DNA of 64,000 bases. Origin: a virus. Of the stretch, positions 58,188-64,000 are shown in pieces. The DNA lies in IMG/VR virus record IMGVR_UViG_3300037245_003526, positions 88,297-152,296 of that record; one strand, 5' to 3'. Below the pieces are notes generated by a model, which saw only the letters and a list, made by a program, of their open reading frames with translations, was not told the DNA's origin and searched no databases. Position numbers and translations under genes: made by a program. Positions within the stretch are counted from its first letter, which is position 1. Each line of letters opens with the position of its first letter.

Positions 58188-58748
58188 ATGAACAAGGTGA
58201 TTGTTTTAAATAGCGATTACAGTTTTCTAAATTTAGTACATTGGAAAACAGCAATGCGCCTGGTTTGTAAGAATAAAGTTGAGGTTTTAAAAGAGACTAC
58301 TAGGATTTTAACTGACGAATTAAAAACTTGGAAAATTGCTATACCATTAGTAATAAGACTTGTTAAAATAGTTCGTACTATTTATAAGACTAGAGTACCT
58401 TTTAGTAAAAAGAATGTATTTGTTCGTGACAATTTTACATGTCAATATTGTGGAGAAGAGTTTAATAGTAAAACTAAAAAGAGAGTTTTGAATGCCTCTG
58501 GACATCATGAAAGCATACTATTAAATATAGATCATTTAAATCCTACCTCAAAAGGTGGGAAATCAACATTTGAAAATTGTGTTGCTTCATGTAAAACTTG
58601 TAATAATAAGAAAGGTGATAGGAGTCTAAGAGAACTAAATATGGTTTTAGCAAGGAGTCCATTTCAACCAACTATTATGGAGTTCATGATTCTTAAAATG
58701 AAATCTTTAGGAATAGATGAGATTCTTAAAGACTTAGGAGTATATTAG
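58188..58748 (+). CDS. HNH endonuclease
   Basis: CQYCGEEF ... HHESILLNIDHLNPTSKGG ... NCVASCKTCNNKKGD. Confidence 0.55.
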   Translation: MNKVIVLNSDYSFLNLVHWKTAMRLVCKNKVEVLKETTRILTDELKTWKIAIPLVIRLVKIVRTIYKTRVPFSKKNVFVRDNFTCQYCGEEFNSKTKKRVLNASGHHESILLNIDHLNPTSKGGKSTFENCVASCKTCNNKKGDRSLRELNMVLARSPFQPTIMEFMILKMKSLGIDEILKDLGVY

Positions 58749-58755
58749 ATTAATG

Positions 58756-58842
58756 GCGGGTACCGTCCACGGGGACAAGCGGCCTTGAAAGCCGTTGGCG
58801 TGTGTAAAAGCATGGGCGTTCGACTCGTCTACTCGCCGCCAT
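58756..58842 (+). tRNA. tRNA-Ser (UGA), class II with long variable arm
   Basis: GC-rich island. Acceptor GGCGGGT / ACTCGCC plus GCCA, 3-bp D-stem, anticodon arm GCGGC-CTTGAAA-GCCGT, ~18-nt variable arm, T-arm GGGCG-TTCGACT-CGTCT. Confidence 0.5.
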
Positions 58843-58858
58843 TTGAAAAGAGGAAATA

Positions 58859-59155
58859 ATGAATACAATATTTACAGTAACTTCTATTAAAGCAGGTGCA
58901 TATATATCAGGTGGTTGTCGAACTGTTGGATGGTTTAAAACTGAAGAAGAAGCTAAAGAAATAGTTGAAAATAATTGCGGTGATATTTACGAATGTGGAT
59001 ATTATCAATATGCAGTAGTTGAAGAATATGAATCCGGTTTATATATTATGTCATATGAAAAACAATGGTATAGGTGGAACAAAGAACAAGAGAAATATGA
59101 ACCTATAAGAAAACCTTCCAAATTTAATAGGATATGTAATTACGCAATAGGATAA
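58859..59155 (+). CDS. hypothetical protein
   Basis: 98 aa. RBS AAGAGGAAA. Confidence 0.4.
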   Translation: MNTIFTVTSIKAGAYISGGCRTVGWFKTEEEAKEIVENNCGDIYECGYYQYAVVEEYESGLYIMSYEKQWYRWNKEQEKYEPIRKPSKFNRICNYAIG

Positions 59156-59156
59156 A

Positions 59157-59354
59157 ATGGAACGATTCAGAAATAAACAGACTGAATGTAAATATTCAGA
59201 TATAAATAATAAAGGTTTTTGTAATTATAACAACTGGCACAATGGTCTGTGCTTTTGTACTAAAAAAGAATGGGAAGGAAAAAAGTTAAAAGCATATTTA
59301 TGTTGTCCATATCTTTTTTTAAATGATACAGAAGAATACGGAAAGGAAAGGTGA
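59157..59354 (+). CDS. small Cys-rich hypothetical protein
   Basis: 65 aa. CKYS ... FCNYNNWHNGLCFC ... CCPY. Confidence 0.35.
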   Translation: MERFRNKQTECKYSDINNKGFCNYNNWHNGLCFCTKKEWEGKKLKAYLCCPYLFLNDTEEYGKER

Positions 59355-60475
59355 GAAAAGTGAAGACTGATAAATTAGCATCATTAATCCCAATCCACGA
59401 ACTAGAACAATCCGCACAACAACAAGTCTATAATAATCTAGCGTTTGACTTTTTATTAAAGTTAGCTATCATGCCAGATTGTCATACAGGATATTTATTA
59501 CCAATAGGTGGAGTTGCATTATTAGATAATGTTGTATCTCCTGAATACGTTGGATATGATGAAGGTTGTGGTATGTGTTGTATAGTAACAGATATACCTT
59601 ACTATGATATACTTAAAAATGATAAAAAGAATCAAAGATTATTTGATAAAATATATAAACATATTCCTGTTGGATTTAATATGAGAGAAAATTCTCTTCA
59701 TTGTTTTGATGAATTCAAATCAGCATCTGGTGATAAAGCTTTAAATAAAAAAGTAAATGAAAAATTATGGAAACAGCTAGGTACACTGGGAGGGGGTAAT
59801 CATTTTATTGAATTGGGTAAAGATAAAAATGATATGTTTTGTATCACTATACATTCTGGTTCACGTAATCCTGGTCATTCTGTTGCTGGTTTTTATATGA
59901 AGAAAACAAAACTCATTGATAAAGATTTACCTAAAGGATTCTTCCATCTACATTCAGAATGGGGTCAGATGTTTATACAAGACTTAGAATTTATGCTTGA
60001 ATATGCTCTTGCTAATAGAACAGAGATGATGAAAAATATTTTAGATATAGTTGGTTTATCTCATAACTTTTTATTTAAGATGATTAATGAAAATCATAAT
60101 CATGCTATTGTTCAGAATAATAATACAGTACTTCATAGAAAAGGTGCTACTCCATCATTAAAAAATCAACTTGGAGTTATACCTGGTAATATGAGAGATG
60201 GTGTTTATGTTGTTAAAGGTCTTGGTAATAAAAAATATCTTAATTCATCTTCTCATGGAGCTGGAAGAAAGGGTTCTAGAAGATGGGCAAAAGAGTCTAT
60301 TACAATGGAAAGATTTGAACAGTCAATGGATGGAATAATAGCTAAAGTTGATAAGTCTACATTAGATGAAGCACCTGATGCTTATAAAAATGTTGACAAG
60401 GTAATTCAAGCACAGGCAGGAATTGTAGTAGATGTTATTAATCATATCCAACCTATTATAAATGTGAAAGGATAA
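59351..60475 (+). CDS. rtcB: RtcB-family RNA ligase (3'-phosphate/5'-OH)
   Basis: MPDCHTGY ... PIGGVA, GGGNHFIELG, HSGSRNPGH and SSHGAGR. These are the canonical RtcB metal-binding and GMP-His motifs. Confidence 0.65.
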   Translation: MRKVKTDKLASLIPIHELEQSAQQQVYNNLAFDFLLKLAIMPDCHTGYLLPIGGVALLDNVVSPEYVGYDEGCGMCCIVTDIPYYDILKNDKKNQRLFDKIYKHIPVGFNMRENSLHCFDEFKSASGDKALNKKVNEKLWKQLGTLGGGNHFIELGKDKNDMFCITIHSGSRNPGHSVAGFYMKKTKLIDKDLPKGFFHLHSEWGQMFIQDLEFMLEYALANRTEMMKNILDIVGLSHNFLFKMINENHNHAIVQNNNTVLHRKGATPSLKNQLGVIPGNMRDGVYVVKGLGNKKYLNSSSHGAGRKGSRRWAKESITMERFEQSMDGIIAKVDKSTLDEAPDAYKNVDKVIQAQAGIVVDVINHIQPIINVKG

Positions 60476-60480
60476 ATATT

Positions 60481-60639
60481 ATGTGGGAAATAATAGCTAT
60501 TGTTGCTATAGTTATTGCAGTTATTCTTTTACTTATTGTAATATCTTTAATTGGTGTTTTAAATCAAATAGGAAAAGCTGGTGAAGCTCTACTTGGTGGG
60601 TTTCTTGGAATGACTCTTGGAAGGTATAAGAAAAAATGA
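60481..60639 (+). CDS. small membrane peptide (52 aa)
   Basis: Not in the track. MWEIIAIVAIVIAVILLLIVISLIGVLNQIGKAGEALLGGFLGMTLGRYKKK. RBS AAAGGA. ATGA overlap with the next gene. Confidence 0.4.
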   Translation: MWEIIAIVAIVIAVILLLIVISLIGVLNQIGKAGEALLGGFLGMTLGRYKKK

Positions 60640-60827
60640 TGTTTAATCCTTTTTGTAAAAATCCTTGTAAAAAATGTATTATTTCAATGGTGTGTACAGA
60701 GGAATGTCCAGATAAAATGAATTATTGGACTACGGTAGTAAAAATTTCAGATAGTTTACCTATAGTATCTTTTGGATTTATATTTCTAACATATATTGGA
60801 GGTTATATTATTAAAAATTTTTTATAA
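60636..60827 (+). CDS. Cys-rich family N-terminal motif fused to a C-terminal TM helix
   Basis: CKKCIISMVCTEECPDK, then IVSFGFIFLTYIGGYII. Confidence 0.4.
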   Translation: MMFNPFCKNPCKKCIISMVCTEECPDKMNYWTTVVKISDSLPIVSFGFIFLTYIGGYIIKNFL

Positions 60828-60839
60828 AGGAGTAATTCA

Positions 60840-61001
60840 ATGATAACACTTAACGAAATGTGGTTTTTTACAAGTGGCGCTATTGTTGGTTTAATAAGTA
60901 TGTTTTTATATATAAAATATTTTATAATTCCTGAATTATTAAAAGATTATGAACGAAAGATAATTAAAAAATTTAAAGCAAGCATTAGGAAGTGTGACTA
61001 A
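60840..61001 (+). CDS. small membrane peptide (53 aa)
   Basis: Not in the track. MITLNEMWFFTSGAIVGLISMFLYIKYFIIPELLKDYERKIIKKFKASIRKCD. RBS AAAGGAG. Confidence 0.4.
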   Translation: MITLNEMWFFTSGAIVGLISMFLYIKYFIIPELLKDYERKIIKKFKASIRKCD

Positions 61002-61002
61002 A

Positions 61003-61269
61003 ATGAAACGAAGTGATCCAATGTATAGTTATCTTCATACAAAACAACGTATGAAGGAGAGATATAATTACGAAGGTTTAACTGAATTTGAATATGAAAT
61101 GATTTGTAAATATTGTACTGAAAGTATAAAAATAAATACAGAGGTTACTAAAAAAGGAAATCAAGAAACGTACAGAATGACTTTTAATGGTATAGAAATC
61201 ATTGCTGTATACCAAACATGGAAAGAGCAAGTTAGTACGGTATTACCTTATTGGAAGAAAGGAAATTAA
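61003..61269 (+). CDS. hypothetical protein
   Basis: Start at the ATG at 61003 (MKRSDPMYSY). The track used an upstream GTG. Confidence 0.4.
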   Translation: MKRSDPMYSYLHTKQRMKERYNYEGLTEFEYEMICKYCTESIKINTEVTKKGNQETYRMTFNGIEIIAVYQTWKEQVSTVLPYWKKGN

Positions 61270-61270
61270 T

Positions 61271-61657
61271 ATGAATAAAAATGTTTATGTACATAGAGCT
61301 ACTGGTAGAAGATTTATTAAATTAGATGAAGTTACAGATTGTAGTTATGCAGGTAGACAACAAAAAATGGTCCTTTATAAAGAAGAAGGGGAAGAAGGTG
61401 AAAATCTAATTGTTAAAGACGGAATGGAATTTGCAAGAGAATTTATAGCTGAAGATTTATGGAATGAAACACATTCAAAATTCATAAGGTTATGTGAAGC
61501 ATGTTCTGATGTTTTATATGGCGGAGAAGGTGGATGGCAGAATGTAAAATTTGAAAAATTTATTGATGATTGTAGAAAATCTATAGCATATGCAAATAGA
61601 GCTAAAAATGCTGCGAAAGAATGTACTGATAGAATAAATATTAAGAAAGGAAATTAA
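61271..61657 (+). CDS. hypothetical protein
   Basis: Start at ATG 61271 (MNKNVYVHRATG) behind AGAAAGGAAA. The track's upstream extension overlaps the previous gene. Confidence 0.4.
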   Translation: MNKNVYVHRATGRRFIKLDEVTDCSYAGRQQKMVLYKEEGEEGENLIVKDGMEFAREFIAEDLWNETHSKFIRLCEACSDVLYGGEGGWQNVKFEKFIDDCRKSIAYANRAKNAAKECTDRINIKKGN

Positions 61658-61978
61658 ATGATTGTAGAAAAAGTAAAACAATTTTTTTCAAGTGAGAATA
61701 AGGAAATATTTAAATTTATAAAAAAAGAAAAGTACCCTTGTAAAGAATGTCTTGTAGTACAAGTATGTTCAGAACTTTGTGATAAAGTTGAAATTGATGA
61801 ATATAAAATTTTTAATAAAATGATTACTAATAGTTGTTGTCCTGATTGTGGTGGAACAAAACTTTATGAAGGTTCAAGTGGAGGATGTTGTCAAAATATT
61901 TTTTGTACAAATTGTAACCATGGATTTAATGTAACAGCTCCTTTTGAAAAAATTGAAAGAATAGGAAAAATGAGATAG
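61658..61978 (+). CDS. Cys-rich double zinc-ribbon protein (family member)
   Basis: PCKECLVVQVCSELCDKV ... CPDCGG ... CTNCNH. Confidence 0.5.
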   Translation: MIVEKVKQFFSSENKEIFKFIKKEKYPCKECLVVQVCSELCDKVEIDEYKIFNKMITNSCCPDCGGTKLYEGSSGGCCQNIFCTNCNHGFNVTAPFEKIERIGKMR

Positions 61979-62028
61979 TATAGTATTACTATATATATTA
62001 ATTAAATGAATATCTTGAAAATTTTAAT

Positions 62029-62403
62029 GGGCGTGAAATGGCTTCGACAGGGATGATGAAGAGAATATTGCGATTGGTAATGATCAATACCTTAAAAGAT
62101 CAACTAAACATAAATGCAGACAATTTAGCATTTGCAGCTGCTGACGATTATGCCACAGCTGCACTTGCTGCCTAAAGAGGCGGCACGTCAAACCTTTGAT
62201 GCTATCTAAAAGGATCTTGGCGTCGACTAGATAGATAGGTTAACTTTAGTTTGTGAATACTAAGGTAAAACCGAAATCCGAATTCACAAACTTCTGAGGG
62301 TTTATGTCCTTTTATAAACTCAGAAGTATTTAAAAGGACTATAATCGTAGATATATGATTGGATGGTTTCTGGACCTCGGTTCGACTCCGAGCACGTCCA
62401 CCA
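62029..62403 (+). ncRNA. ssrA: tmRNA (ssrA). Tag peptide (A)DNLAFAAADDYATAALAA.
   Basis: 5' GGGCGTGAAATGGCTTCGACAGGG (tmRNA hallmark TTCGAC-GGG). Tag ORF GCA GAC AAT ... CTT GCT GCC TAA at 62116-62175, ending ALAA-stop. 3' tRNA-like end GGACCTCGG-TTCGACT-CCGAG plus CACGTCC-A-CCA pairing with the 5' GGGCGTG. Confidence 0.7.
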
Positions 62404-62500
62404 TAACTTAAACAGGAAGGAAGGAGGGAAAATAAGAAACAATTACTATTGACTAGATTAGTACCATAATGTGAATTAAATTTAAATTGGAGATATTAAA

Positions 62501-62944
62501 ATGAATAAAATATTAATAGTTTTAGCTACTTTTGCATTTCTTTTCATCGCAGCATGTGCTCCTACTGTTTGTCCTGATCCTCCACCTTGTCCACCTTGTC
62601 CATCTTGTCCATGTCCCTGTACTACGGACTTGGAAATAGTACCGTCAGAATGGGCATCGAATTGTGAGATTAATGTCGATGGTATCTTGGTAGTTAATAT
62701 TAAGAATAAAGGAACCAGTGATTGTCCAGCAACATCGACTACTATAGATTTCTTTGATCATGGTTTATTTGTAATTCCAACGCCGCCAATAGCTGCAGGA
62801 GCTACAATATCATTACCTACAGTTCCCCTTCCTAGTGGATGTCATACCCCAGATTGTATTTTCGGTATTATTATTGACTCTGCTAACGATGTAAATGAAG
62901 GTAATGAATCTAACAATACTGCTCCTGGAACGTGTATTGGATAG
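62501..62944 (+). CDS. Pro/Cys-rich lipoprotein
   Basis: Signal peptide with lipobox FIAAC, then CPDPPPCPPCPSCPCPC. Confidence 0.45.
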   Translation: MNKILIVLATFAFLFIAACAPTVCPDPPPCPPCPSCPCPCTTDLEIVPSEWASNCEINVDGILVVNIKNKGTSDCPATSTTIDFFDHGLFVIPTPPIAAGATISLPTVPLPSGCHTPDCIFGIIIDSANDVNEGNESNNTAPGTCIG

Positions 62945-62950
62945 AAGTTA

Positions 62951-62998
62951 AAATGAGATGAGATGTTATTATATTATAATAGCATCTCATTTTTTTTG
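62951..62998 (+). terminator. rho-independent terminator
   Basis: AAATGAGATG ... CATCTCATTT stem, followed by T8. Confidence 0.6.
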
Positions 62999-63047
62999 TC
63001 ATTTTTTTTGTAATAAGGAACATATTATAAATATTTAACCCTAAATT

Positions 63048-63971
63048 ATGGAGGTGACAATGGAGCAGAATAACGCAGATGTTGGTATTATTGTTGGACG
63101 ATTCCAAGTTGATGAGTTACATGAAGCGCATCTAGATCTTATTCAGACTGTAAAAGATCGACATGCGAAGGTTATCATCTTTCTCGGTTTAAGTCCAGTT
63201 CAATGTACCACAAATAACCCGTTAGATTTTGAAGCAAGAAAACAGATGATACAAGTTATATATTCTGATATAAATATCTTGTACATCAAAGATATGAGCT
63301 CTGATAACGAATGGTCCAAAAAACTAGATGAACAAATTAAAGATCTAGTTGGTCCAAATCAATCGGTTGCTTTATATGGAGGAAGAGAGTCATTCATTGA
63401 TCATTATAATGGTAAACACAGTTGTATTGAGTTGAAGCATAAACAAACTAGTTTTGTTAGCGGTTCTGTAATAAGGAAGAGTATATCAAGAACAGTTAAA
63501 TCTTCTCCTGACTTCAGAGCTGGTGTAATATGGACTACTGCAAATCAATACACTAATGCTATGCCTACTGTTGATGTTGCAATTCTAAATGAGGATAAAA
63601 CGAGTATATTACTCGCTCGAAAAAAATACGAAACTATGTATAGATTTGTAGGTGGTTTTGTAGATGCGGGTGAAACTTTTGAAGCAGCAGCACGTAGAGA
63701 AGTTATGGAAGAAACAACACTATCTATACATGACCCAAAATATATAGAAAGTTTTGTTATTGATGATTGGCGTTATAAAAATGAAAAGGCAAAAATTACA
63801 ACATTATTTTTCACAGCTAAATATATTTCTGGTAAACCTGAAGCAAGAGATGATATTGAAGAATTGCGATGGTTTGAAATGAATAAAAAATTAAAAGATG
63901 TTGTAATCCCAATTCATTTACCTATGCTTGAAAAACTAAGTTTTTTAAGCTTCTTTGATGATAAAATTTAA
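63048..63971 (+). CDS. bifunctional NMN adenylyltransferase (NadM-type) / Nudix hydrolase (NatV-like)
   Basis: N-terminal GIIVGRFQVDELHEAH (archaeal-type NMNAT H-x-G-H-like box) and C-terminal Nudix box GGFVDAGETFEAAARREVMEETT. Confidence 0.55.
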   Translation: MEVTMEQNNADVGIIVGRFQVDELHEAHLDLIQTVKDRHAKVIIFLGLSPVQCTTNNPLDFEARKQMIQVIYSDINILYIKDMSSDNEWSKKLDEQIKDLVGPNQSVALYGGRESFIDHYNGKHSCIELKHKQTSFVSGSVIRKSISRTVKSSPDFRAGVIWTTANQYTNAMPTVDVAILNEDKTSILLARKKYETMYRFVGGFVDAGETFEAAARREVMEETTLSIHDPKYIESFVIDDWRYKNEKAKITTLFFTAKYISGKPEARDDIEELRWFEMNKKLKDVVIPIHLPMLEKLSFLSFFDDKI

Positions 63972-64000
63972 TCCTAAGTTAATTGTTAAAAAGGAGAGAA

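Noticed and set aside
1-64000. Alternative genetic code (stop-codon reassignment, as in some huge phages)
   Set aside because: TAA, TAG and TGA all terminate well-supported genes at sensible lengths, for example TAG at 17924 and 56183 and TGA at 28581 and 60637.

Overview
This window is AT-rich (roughly 30% GC by eye). Almost every gene has a strong Shine-Dalgarno motif (AGGAG or GAAAGGA) and uses the standard genetic code, with all three stop codons in use. The gene content looks like a segment of a large (jumbo or T4-like) tailed phage of an SD-using host.

Layout along the window:
- 1-12.5 kb, minus strand: a T4-like replication and nucleotide module. It contains an RNR fragment, a LigD-type 3'-phosphoesterase, a RuvC-like resolvase, a FEN/RNase H, a DnaG-type primase, dCMP deaminase, an RFC-like clamp loader, a NADAR protein and a Dda/RecD-like helicase. 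Interleaved with these is a tandem array of paralogous small Cys-rich zinc-ribbon proteins and a membrane HExxH protein.
- ~12.5-14.25 kb: a strand switch with a winged-helix protein followed by 4 x 22-bp iterons and an AT-rich tract. This is a candidate replication origin.
- 14.25-64 kb, plus strand:
  - a 2546-aa giant modular CBM-repeat protein;
  - a ~19-kb glycan-biosynthesis island (GT9 x2, GT2-like, GT1/GT4, at least 6 methyltransferases, a sulfotransferase, an SQD1-like sulfo-sugar synthase, an epimerase, a nucleotidyltransferase-kinase fusion, a HAD-cupin protein, and an embedded PAAR-like protein);
  - two compositionally deviant minus-strand morons;
  - a nucleotide-pool cluster (truncated QueC, NTP-pyrophosphohydrolase-like, deoxyribosyltransferase-like, metallophosphoesterase, HAD);
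  - 4 HNH homing endonucleases;
  - an island of tRNA genes (Trp, Ile-UAU, Asn x2, Gln, Ser, plus one degenerate copy) with an RtcB RNA ligase and a phage-encoded tmRNA;
  - a NadM-Nudix (NatV-like) NAD salvage enzyme.

No CRISPR array or integrase was seen. All functional calls come from reading motifs by eye and from family knowledge. Nothing here was confirmed by database search.
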